Part shown: piece after piece, positions 11,572 to 21,719 of the stretch
How the letters are laid out: each line of letters opens with the position of its first letter
How positions within the stretch are numbered: the stretch's first letter is position 1
Source of the DNA: Neoechinorhynchus agilis
Lineage: Eukaryota > Animalia > Acanthocephala
Direction: 5' to 3'
Length of the DNA stretch: 49,290 nucleotides
Assembly (NCBI GenBank): GCA_051530055.1
Contig: JBMGUZ010000015.1
Coordinates: 1 to 49,290 of the forward strand
The notes under the pieces: model-generated
Seen by the model: the letters and a program-made list of their open reading frames with translations, nothing else
The model's database searches: none
Told to the model about the DNA's origin: nothing
Program-made: the position numbers and the translations under genes

Positions 11572-14344
11572 ATGGCTGGGCGCTCCTTGGTTGAATGCAT
11601 TAATGCATTGGAGATTGACAATGAAGCTTTAATCACTAACAATTCAGACGATGTAAGTATCTTTTTTAGAAGGATAAATCCTTTTGCGCTGTGAGTAGAG
11701 TGCATTTATAAACGCAAATCGAACCGGGATTGTGTTTGCAATCGATGGTGTTCAATCGAGTTCAAATCATATTGCTCTTTCATTTGACGCCTGTTCAACT
11801 TGTGTCCAAAGCATTATCCACGATGACGATCTCGTCGCTGTGTTGATCTTCGGAACAATCGATGAGCGGTTGAAGCGGATTGCTAGGTTGTGGCACCAAG
11901 CAGATGATATCGGAGACATTTTAATGAGTAACGACTTGGTCGATGGTGTACGGATCGTCTGTGATCTGCAGCAACCCAGTGCAGATATTGTACTGAAACT
12001 TGAACGATGTGCCAAACTTGTTGAGGTTGAGAATTTCGATCAAGCGATAGCTAAGTGCCCATTGAATGAGGTGTTATGGGAATCCACGAGGTCTATGTGG
12101 ATTAATTTATCTTTTAATCTTTTGGTATTGACTGGTTCATTCTTTGCCAATATAAATAACTAGGATAAATTAAAAAAATTGATGTTTCGCCGCTCTATAA
12201 CAACAAATTTTAAAATGATTTTGCATTTACTATACCAATCAAAAAATTTAAATGGAGTTATTGTTTAGGTCTAAAGCCGGTAAATGATTATTTATTAAAG
12301 ACGTTTCGAACCTCGTCGAGAACAAACTGATGATGAACCCTACGAGGTTCGAAACGTTTTTAATCGAAATAATCATTTCCCGCAAGTGTAGACTTCTAAA
12401 CAATAATTCCACTAATCAATATACCCCGGTACCTCCTCGCACATATCGACAAAAATTTAAATACTTTCAACGTTTTAATTATGATTTCGGCACTTTGATT
12501 TTTTGCGAGATTATCCTAGATATTTAATTCTCTCTTTAAACCACCGTTGATTCTTGCTTAAATGTGTATTGTCAACACGTAGATAATGCCCTTTTACGCA
12601 AATGATGGATAGATATAAAATCCTGAAAATAATCCTTGGAATTACTCAGGTTATATGTTTTCTTGGTGAGATATTTCAAATGTCTTCTTTTTTATCATGT
12701 ATATTAATATTTTGAAAGTATTCTAATGCTTTTCAGTCTTAATGACCTTTTTATTTATTACATCCACAAGGACTTCATACAAGAATATTTTCGCGTAGTC
12801 CAAAGCTGGCTCGAGTTAACACTTCTCGGCGGCGCATCATTATATTTACCGATAATCCCGACCCTTATAATAACGACCTCGATGGGCGGCGACAAGTCTT
12901 ACAGCGAGCGAAGGATCTATTTGACTCACATATTTGTATTGATGTAATCCCAACATCAAGTGGATACTTTGACTACAAACAGTTCCATCAACACCTCATG
13001 ATGTTGAATGATGAACAGATCGATGCAATTCAGACGAATAACTCGCCAAATCAAGTTTGCTGTGACCGGGTGAAAGCCTTTAAGCGACGTGTTCAGCGTC
13101 CCTTCTGTCGAGTTATTTTTCGAATCCTTGCAGGAACTAAGAAGCCATGCGAAATTCCACTTGTGGCTTATTCTTTAAAACAAGGAGTTTCTGTATTAAT
13201 TTGGGTATTAATCCGGAACTTCTTGGATATCGCGACGACAAGCGGCACCTTTGAAAATGAATGTGCATAGGCGGACAAATATTCCGGTGGAGTCTTGTTC
13301 AGAAATCCATCAAAAGGGTCGCAATGAAGAAGACGATTTTGTCGTTTTACCTTCGGAAATCGCTTATTGTATTAACCTAGCAGGAAAAAAGGCGGTGTTT
13401 GTTCCTGAGGAATTAGCTTCCATTCAATGCCAGATTGTGAAACGAGTGTCTTACATTTTTTAATTGTCCTAAAATCTTGTTCTCGCTCTGCTTTAGTTTC
13501 TCAACATCAATGCACGAGTGCTTTTATAGTCGAAATATGGTATTGCCGGAAGTAAAACTAATAAAAACAAGATATCCGAACAAAAAATTATTTAATTTGC
13601 TAATTATAGTCAGAATGATCATAGTCGTGGTACATTCAGCCAATTACTGTTTAAACCTATTTTTCTTATCTGTAATTGTTCCTCGTGTGGGATCAACATA
13701 ATAGTGCTACTATCAAAAGACACTGGTTTTTTAATGAAACACTTGACAAACCTAGTCAAGCTTCGTTGACCCTTATTGGATTTAAACCGCGGTCAAAACT
13801 AGATTATAGTCTGTACTTAAAACCTGGATACTTTATAACTGGTTGTAGGGAAAGTCGTACATTCTTAACGGCTCTTCAGCGAAGATGCATTGAACGATCA
13901 ATATTCGCTGTCGCAAGAATGAAGCTTCGTATTAATTCCCCCTGTTACTTTGTGGCCCTTGTTCCATCCAGAAATGAACCAGGATTCATCGTGCAAATAT
14001 TGCCATTCGCAGACGATTTCAGAGATCTGACCGATGTTTTGAAAGACGTTGCGATTGATGTACCCAATGATGATGTATTAGATTTGATGGGTTCGGTTAT
14101 ACGTAAATTAAGTTTCACTTTTGACCCAAAGCAGTTTCCGAATCCCCACATTGAATGTGTTCAGCGAGCCATAAGATTGATTGCACTCGACAAAGAAGAT
14201 AATGACAGTTTTGAAGATCGGTCAATGCCGAAAATCGATGAGAAGGTGGCTGGCCCGATTCTTGATAAATTGAAGACCCTAAGTGCGCCTTCTAGGAAAC
14301 GAAAAGAAGATAGTGAACAATCAAGAGCAAAGAAGAAGAAATAA
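11572..14344 (+). CDS. XRCC6: Ku70 (XRCC6), 5 exons: 11572-11652, 11699-12090, 12799-13184, 13243-13447, 13756-14344 (last two junctions less certain)
   Basis: vWA-domain matches: IVFAID, LVAVLIFGT, PLNEVLWES, RRRIIIFTDNPDP, RAKDL. Core-domain matches: LTLIGFKP, PCYFVALVP, PGFIVQILPFADD, FPNPHI. Introns 1 and 2 are phase-compatible GT-AG. Confidence 0.9.
12327..12358 (+). ncRNA. Minimal type-I hammerhead ribozyme motif (Penelope-type) in Ku70 intron 2
   Basis: CTGATGA-T, stem II GAACC/GGTTC, GAAACGTT with palindromic ACGT stem III, 3-bp stem I AAA/TTT; embedded in an inverted repeat at 12282-12378. Confidence 0.7.
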
Positions 14345-14435
14345 AATTGTGTAGTAATTCGTCTGGCGAAATCTCGACTAAATATATACTGTTGTTATCT
14401 TGGATTATTATCTTCGGGGGTCAAGTTCAATAATT

Positions 14436-14753
14436 TATTTCCGATATTTCACGTCGGATAATTCCGACATTATCAAGGTTTGTCACCTAAAAAACGAACA
14501 TGGTTATCATCGGACAACATGTTCATCAGACCCCGCCCTCGTTCCTTGGCTCGTTGTCCATTAGAACCTCTGAGCTAGAGCACCACTATGTTTTCAATGG
14601 TAATTTCAAACTGATACGATGATTTTATTACCTTCCATGAGTTGAACTAAGCAGCCTATTTCTATGGCTTCCATTATCAACCGATTCCGTAAATGTGGCT
14701 TTACGCTAGTCACATTAGCATGTCGGAATTATCCGGCGAAATATCGGAAATTA
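14436..14753. mobile_element. MITE-like element, ~320 bp, ~33-bp terminal inverted repeats
   Basis: atttccgatatttcacgtcggataattccgacat ... atgtcggaattatccggcgaaatatcggaaat; interior is non-coding. Confidence 0.55.
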
Positions 14754-15059
14754 GTGAACTTGTATCCCGGATGGCAAAACTAACAACAGAAAATATACTG
14801 TTGTTTTTTCAGATTTCAGTTTTTAAAGATATTAACTGCGTTTATGCAGATTCTCTCTCTAAGCCTTACTTAATTAAGGATCTTTATTTGTTCTTGTTGG
14901 AGGTTCATTGATAAATAATACGAATTCTTTGTAAACTTAAGTAACCTTAAAGGATGGCTGGCGCAGCCAGAACTTCATCGTTTGCACTCTATTAGTTAGG
15001 TTGTGTTTCAAGGAGATGAGTCCAAATTATCGGCACTGTGATCCGAAAATATACGCCAC

Positions 15060-15585
15060 TTTACGTACACTTCGGGTCTACCGATTTGTGTCGAATATCG
15101 TTGCCGGTGTGGAATGATCGTGGATCCACTGGGGAGACATGGTCTTGTTTGCAACAAATCAGGGGGGTCGTTTCTCACGGCATTCTGAATTGAACGACGT
15201 AATTTCGCGTGCCCTGAATACGATGAAGGTCCCAAACATTTTAGAGCCAAGAAACCTGTGCAGGCTAGATGGTCGTCGTCCGGATGGCGTCACCGTATTC
15301 CCGTGGCGAGAAGGCAAATGTCTTCTCCAGGAGGTTTGTGGTGCAGTCCCCAGGAGGAGCGGCTACTGCCGTGGAGGACCGAAAGGTGGCGAAATATAAA
15401 GAATTAAGTAGGTATCACGTTTTTGTACCCTTTTGAGTGGAGACTCTTGGTGCGCTCGGTAGCTGGACACTTAGATTTACGAAGGAGTTATCGAGTAGAC
15501 TCCAGGCCAATACAGGAAATACAAGAGCTGGTGCCTTCCTGCGCCAAAACATTGGTCTCGCGATCGGCACGCCTCTTCGCCTTTC
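15060..15585 (+). mobile_element. CRE-like non-LTR retrotransposon 3' fragment (zinc knuckle plus restriction-like endonuclease), decayed
   Basis: GLPIC..CRCG..VDPLGRHGLVC, RHSELNDVISRAL, DGRRPDGVTVFPWREGK, KVAKYKEL, VETLGA, AGAFLRQNIGLAI; frameshifts present. Confidence 0.85.
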
Positions 15586-15589
15586 ACAG

Positions 15590-17360
15590 GCCAGTTCTTC
15601 GCGCTGGTGACAGTTCTGAGGGGTCGTTGGTCAGCTCAATTAAAGATAGGGCCGTCTCCTTCGATCAACTCTTTTCAGCACAATTCGAGCTACCTATCGT
15701 GGGCCTACAGAAAACCCTACACACGGTAATTTTCCGGCTAGGTCCATATGGGAACGTGCCTCTTCGAAAATTGCGGATGGTGATGTCCGGGGAGCTGTTC
15801 GCATCCTTTCCTCCTCAGAAGTTTTTACCCAGGTTAACGAGGAAACTCTCAAAACCCTGAACCAAAAACATCCTCCATCGGAGGCACCAAAACTCCCAAC
15901 TTTTCCAATCGCTGCCTCGAAGTCTCCCTGCTCTGTAAAGGAACTCATTTCAGCGATATCTTCTTTTGCTAGTGGATCCGGTCATGGGCAAGCTGCCAAG
16001 ATCGGGGTTGAGCTCAATACCTCGAAGTATGAGCTGTCTGTGATGAATACAGAAAACGCTGTTAGTCAAATTGAGATCCATAATAGTTTTACGCAGCTAG
16101 CACCTAACATCAAAATAATCTCGCGCGCTCAACTGCCTCTTTTGGGTAGCTGCGTTTTTGATATAAATATACCCGAGGATATCGTCCAAATAGCGCCAAG
16201 AGTCGAATTGCTCTGCGTGTGTACGAAGGAACTTCCATCCCATTAGGCATTATTCTTGATAAAGAATGCCCTGTTCCGTCCGAAGTTGTTGTACAAATTG
16301 CGTACAGCGCATTCTTCAAACATCGACACTCCTTGGGGGAAATCGATGAGAGGTGTCTCGAAGGGATTTTAAATATTTAACTGTCGGATGAGGCATGGAG
16401 ACAAGCTTCCTTGCCTGTATCTTACGGCGGTTTGGGTATCCGTAAAACAGCCGATGTCGCAATTTCGGCCTTTTTAGCTTCCAATGAGGACAGCCGAAAG
16501 TTGGTCGAGAAATTGTTGGAAAAAGAGTTTTTACTTGATGAAAATTTTAAAGAGGCGGTCTTCGAATTTTGCCGCATTACGCAGTGCGATCAGGCTCCCT
16601 TGAGAGGCAGACAGACAGTTTGGGACAAACCTTTAATCACGCGAGTTCACGACTCAATGCTTTCCGACGCGCGTGATGAGATGACTCGAGCTCGATTGTA
16701 GGCGGTCTCTTCGAAGGAATCTGGTGCCTGGCTGAATGTCGTTCCGATTTCTTCTCTCGGAAATTTACTCACAGACGAAACAGTGAGGATCGCAGAGTCC
16801 TTACGACTTGGTCTCCCGATTTGGGTCCCACACTGCTGTCGTTGTGGAGCCCTTGTGGATACTACGGGTAGACACGGTATCGTCTGTCGCCAGTCCGGTG
16901 GCAGGTATGCTCGCCACGCCGAAATTAACTTGGTGATTAGTGACTCGATGGTCGAAGACCGGACTGGGAAACTGTGTTCCCGTGACTAAAAGGGAAATCC
17001 CTTCTCTGGGACGCCACTTGTGTGGACACCCTTGCCCTCTCCAATCTAAGATACTCCTCGCGATGTGAAGGAGGCGCTGCAATTGCCGCGGAGGAACGCA
17101 AGCGGAGGAATTAAGCCGAACTCTTGAAGGCACACCACTTCGTCCTTTTCGGCGTTGAGACGCTCGGAGCCTTCGTTGCTGAGGCCAAGAACTTCACGGC
17201 GGATCTGTCAAGGAAGATGAGGATCGCAACCGGAGATCCAAGAGCAGAAACGTTCTTACTGCAAAACATAGGTCTCGCGATCCAGCGCGGCAACGCTACA
17301 AGTGTTCTTACGACGATTCCGAGTGGGGGAAAGGATGGATCTGGTAAGTTTGTGAAATAG
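15590..17360 (+). mobile_element. CRE-like non-LTR retrotransposon, internally deleted (RT core missing), decayed
   Basis: GDVRGAVRILSS...KHP, SFASGSG, IGVELN, LPVSYGGLGIR, SGAWLNVVP, CRCG..RHG..CRQSGGRYARH, WDATCVDTLA, VETLGAF, LQNIGLAIQRGNA. Confidence 0.85.
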
Positions 17361-18430
17361 ACATGTCTTTCACTCTTTCCTCATTAATTATTGTTGACTA
17401 ATAACTAGTATGCCACACACACCAGTAGTCGATCCACCACTAGTTTTTCTCTCAAATAAATCTATGTATATACTTTATAATACGTATTGGGCTCTTTAAA
17501 AACAAAAATTAGCCACGTTTTTCTTTTGTCACATAAAGAAACCTTACTAAAGGAATTTACGGTAAATAAATTTCAGAAAGAGAGAATTTCCAGCGATCAA
17601 TACTGTTTCTTAAAAATGTAGAACCTTTATTTTGCGTTTATCTGAACTTCTAAGATGTAATCAATAATTTTTCCTGCTCATTAGGGCGCATCGATTTAGC
17701 AAGACTTCTGAGATCTGGTAAGCCATCCAAATTGCAGTTAAAATTGCAAACTTAAAATGTTCTAACACATGGATAACGATTTTAAATTGCAGCAATCTTA
17801 GGCTCGTTGTAGACATTGTACGATTGTTTCTTTTTATAGTGTTTGCTTGGACTTTCCAAGACTTTATTCCGGATCACATCTTGTGCAAAAGTTGCGAAAA
17901 ATGATTGCCCTGCAAAATTAAAGACTAGATTAAGCAAAGACAAAACTACGAGTGTGATACGTAGAAAACTTTGAAGCCTAATTTATTGGTTTTGTAGGTA
18001 TTACCAACAATTGGTTAACACCTAGTTCGTGACGGACATATGTGCATTATGGAGATGTGGTGACCATATCCCCGGTTTTTTATGACATTTTATTAGGACA
18101 TTTCGGGAGGAAGCCTCGCCTTATCAGTCACCTGAAAAGTTCCCGGATTATAATCACCACAAAGAATTTTCTCTTGATGATACAGGCATTATATTGATCG
18201 CTATAAAATGTAGAACGATTGTTCATTTTCACGCCATAAAATAATGTGACTCGTAGCAAGAGTTTATACCAAAGGCAGGATACAAAATTCCCATCGTTCT
18301 TGTAACGCTAACATTGACGTGAGTTCATGAAGGTGGTAGACGAGCTCCCTCGTTCTCGTAGATTCCTTTAATGACGCATATTTCCCATAGCGTCTACACA
18401 TTCTCTTTTTATCATACACTACTTTCATAC

Positions 18431-19816
18431 ATGGCACCAAAGCCATTTCGATCAATCCATATAACTCATAAAAGCTCGGAGCGATCATCACCGGACATTA
18501 GGTTAATGTCTCCGTCAAGTCCACGCCATATCAGTCGAGTCCAGGAAAAAGAAGAGCTTCAAACCCTGAATGATCGCCTTGCCTCGTATATTGAGCGAGT
18601 CAATAGGTTGGAGGCGGACAACGCTAAACTGAAGGCAGAGATCTCAAATTACCAAGAACGGCATTCACAAGATGGTAGTCGAGTGAACACTATTTATGAT
18701 GCTGAAATCCAGGAACTTCGCAAAACATTAGATGAGGTTTCAAAAGACCGAGCTCGATTGGCAATTGAGGCGGGAAAACACTCAAGTGAAGCGGTCAATG
18801 CTGCAAATAAATTGACAAAATGCGAAAAACAACTGAAGCAGCTGGAAGTTAGGTTGAGGAAATTCGAGGGCGAGAACGCTGATTTGAAGGCTAAGCAAGG
18901 TCGAATTTTGCTAGACGTCGGTCGTAAAACAGACGAAGTTGTAAACTTAAAATCTAATCTAAATGATGCTGAACGTCAGCTTTCTAAAATTAGACGCGAA
19001 CTTGAAGATGAAACTATGCTTAGGGTTGATCTCGGAAATCAGGTCAACTCTCTCAAAGAGGATGCACAATTCAAAGCTCAAATACGCAAAAAGCAAATTG
19101 ATGAGCTTTCGCATCAACGAAGGACGGAAGTTAAGCGAGTAGATGAACGAATAAAGCAAGAATACGACGGTAAATTTATTGCGGAACTTAACAAGATTAG
19201 AACGGAAACTGAGGCCAAAATAAGCGAGATGCGCGACGAGGTTGAGCAGGGCTACAATCGAAGACTAGTGGAAGCACAAGAATCGAGCAAACGACAAGCA
19301 GCAAGTATGTTGAATCTAAAAGAAGATCTACAGGCATTAAGGCTAAAAGTCAATACACTCATTGCAGAACGTCACGATTTGCGCGGCAAATGCACTGAAA
19401 TGGAGGAAAAAATCAGAGTTTTGGAAGATGAAATCGGAGATCGACAGCGAAAATTCGACGAACAATTGGGGTTGAGAGATGCAGAAATCAGTGAGTTGAA
19501 GAAGAAATGCAATGAAATGAATGCAGTGTATCAGGATTTATTGAATATGAAAGTGAGTCTTGACCGCGAGATTTCAGAATACGCAAAGCTGATCGAATCA
19601 GGAGAAGAACTATTGCACTTAAAGTCAAGAGCTCGTTTTCAAGAGATATTTATCACGACCTCCGCAAAAAGGAAAAAAATCGATCAACCATTTGCTGACA
19701 AAAGAACTAAATCATTGAACGAGAGCACTGGAGTAAGCGGTTTGGTAAGTACAACAATTGAGATAATTGATGAAGGTAGTGATGCGGGAACGTTTGTAAA
19801 ACATTCCAATAAATGA
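18431..19816 (+). CDS. Lam: Nuclear lamin, intronless; full rod and NLS, but stops at the start of the Ig-like tail domain and has no CaaX (open from 18371; 18431 is the likely start)
   Basis: SPSSPRHISRVQEKEELQTLNDRLASYIERV, RVDLGNQVNSLKED, YQDLLNMKVSLDREISEYAKLIE. EKEE to YAKL spans 345 aa, the long lamin-type rod. NLS KRKKID; ends IEIIDEGSDAGTFVKHSNK*. Confidence 0.9.
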   Translation: MAPKPFRSIHITHKSSERSSPDIRLMSPSSPRHISRVQEKEELQTLNDRLASYIERVNRLEADNAKLKAEISNYQERHSQDGSRVNTIYDAEIQELRKTLDEVSKDRARLAIEAGKHSSEAVNAANKLTKCEKQLKQLEVRLRKFEGENADLKAKQGRILLDVGRKTDEVVNLKSNLNDAERQLSKIRRELEDETMLRVDLGNQVNSLKEDAQFKAQIRKKQIDELSHQRRTEVKRVDERIKQEYDGKFIAELNKIRTETEAKISEMRDEVEQGYNRRLVEAQESSKRQAASMLNLKEDLQALRLKVNTLIAERHDLRGKCTEMEEKIRVLEDEIGDRQRKFDEQLGLRDAEISELKKKCNEMNAVYQDLLNMKVSLDREISEYAKLIESGEELLHLKSRARFQEIFITTSAKRKKIDQPFADKRTKSLNESTGVSGLVSTTIEIIDEGSDAGTFVKHSNK

Positions 19817-19936
19817 CCGAACAGTGCAACCCACATTACAGCAAAAAAATTACAAAGCAATCTAAGCTGATTGTCACTCCGGCGATTTTAAATAAAAACC
19901 TGGCCAAAAGCTTTGATCTCATATCTCGACCAAATC

Positions 19937-20460
19937 TTACCAACATTTACACAACACCTCTGGATCACTCAGTTGCCGTCCTGCTGTAACGGTCGAAAGG
20001 ACGGATGCAGTGTTACCTCGTAACACAGCCCGACTTATGTTTTGTAGGAGGAATGCTCCTGCCCTCGGATCGCCAGTGATTCGTCTGAGTCTCTTAGACA
20101 ATTGCTTGAAGCGGTCCTGCGCCGTGGTACCAAACGATCTGAGTGCCTCGACGACGTCCCGGTATTTTGTCTTTTTGCGGACCGCAGCGGCGCTGGAAAG
20201 TTGTTCGTATACCATTGTTCATGAAGTCATAGGAAGCTCAGGATCCCAACCCACGCATTAATTTAATATCTGGTCGCGTGAGTCTCAGGTCCGACGTAAC
20301 TTGGTCTTTGCTTCCCATTATCCATGGCAAAACGTGGAGTTTAGACAACGGTGGGAAGCATCGGTTGCAGCGGTCGCCGAAGTCCCGGTCTATCGGGGTC
20401 CGCCGTTTTGTAGCCTCCGTGTGGCATAGCCTTCGTCCGCCGATTCAGGATGTATCGCTG
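19937..20460 (-). mobile_element. RLE-clade non-LTR 3' fragment (CRE-like tail; upstream CxxC..H and RPD motifs of NeSL/R2 style)
   Basis: DRCNRC..LHVL, RPDI, TMVYE..AA..KKTKY, TGDPRAGAFLLQNISRAVLRGNTASVL; the tail is an inverted relative of 21484-21640. Confidence 0.7.
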
Positions 20461-20640
20461 TTGAGGACTTTTACCCGAGCCCCTTTAGCCTACTAGTCCT
20501 TGGGGTTTCTAAGAGACCTACATAGCAACTGTGACGGCATAGGAGATTTTACTTCTCCGGCCGCTATAGCTCTGTTAACCCCTAAGGTTAGCGTGTTCCA
20601 GGTGTCACTACGAGGAAACGGGGTCTAATTTCTGACATCC

Positions 20641-21655
20641 CTAAGCTGCGCACAGCACTTTTTTTAGACGAAACGGTGAAAGCCTCTCTCGAAATTTTTT
20701 TAAATATTCAATTGCCGGGCGAGGCCTGGCGTCAAACGTCCTTGCCTGTGTCGTCCGGCGGTTTGGGTATCCGAAAAGCAGCCGATATTTTTCTGCCATC
20801 TTATTTGGGATCGTATGAAGCAAGCCGCAAAATAGTTCAGTCTTTTCTTGACGAGAATTACACTTTGGATGAAGATTTCGTGGAGGTCCTTAATCTATAT
20901 TGTGGAGATTCGTGCAACGAACAGGTAATCGTTAATGGTTACGAGCAATAAGTTTGGGACTCACCCCTGGTAGCGAGAATTCATAATTCTTTAATTTGAG
21001 ATTCTCGTGACCTAGTGAACCGAACCCGATTGACGGCAGTCTACTAGAGAATCAGGTGCTTGGCTCAACGCTCTCCCAATCGCTTCTGTGGGTATCCGTC
21101 TGGTACCGATGTGCACATCCCATCGTTGACGTTGCGGAGCGACCGTGGAACCATCGGGACGCCATGGTCTCGTCTGTCGGCAATCAGGCGGAAAGCACAC
21201 TCACGACACGCCGAAGTGAACGCAATGCTTTTAGCCATGCCCTGAATACTGTGAATGCGCCCAACGACCTAGAGCCGAGCAATTTTTGCCGAATCGATGG
21301 CCGTAGACCAGTGTCGCAGCATTCCCGTGGCGAGGGGAGGCAAATGCCTTCTCTGGGATGCCATTCGCAGCCAGCAACATAAAATTCGCCACCATTAAAC
21401 CAGGAGAGCAGCAACCGCCATTAAGGACCGCAAAAAATCCAAATACAGGGACCTGGGTCGAAATCATTATTTTCCCCTTTGGCATCGAGACGCTCGGGTC
21501 GTTTGGTACCGCGGCGCAAGACCTGGTGAAGCAATTGTCTTAGAGATTGAGACGAATCACTGGCGATCCGAGGGCAGGATCATTCCTCCTACAAAACATA
21601 GGTCTAACTAAACAACGAGAGGGAACGCTGCATCCGTCCTAGAGCCATGGCATGA
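20641..21655 (+). mobile_element. CRE-like non-LTR retrotransposon 3' half, decayed
   Basis: LPVSSGGLGIRKAAD, ESGAWLNALP, RHGLVCRQSGG, LEPSNFCRIDGRRP, IETLGSFG, TGDPRAGSFLLQNIGL; many stops and frameshifts. Confidence 0.85.
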
Positions 21656-21719
21656 ATGTTTGTAAATAGCTTTTTATTGAAAATTAATCTCTTAAGAGAT
21701 TATTGTTACTTTAAGCGAG

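Noticed and set aside
18058-18110. ggtgaccatatccccgg...ggacatttcggga resembling a DNA transposon terminus
   Set aside because: No matching second end or TSD found.
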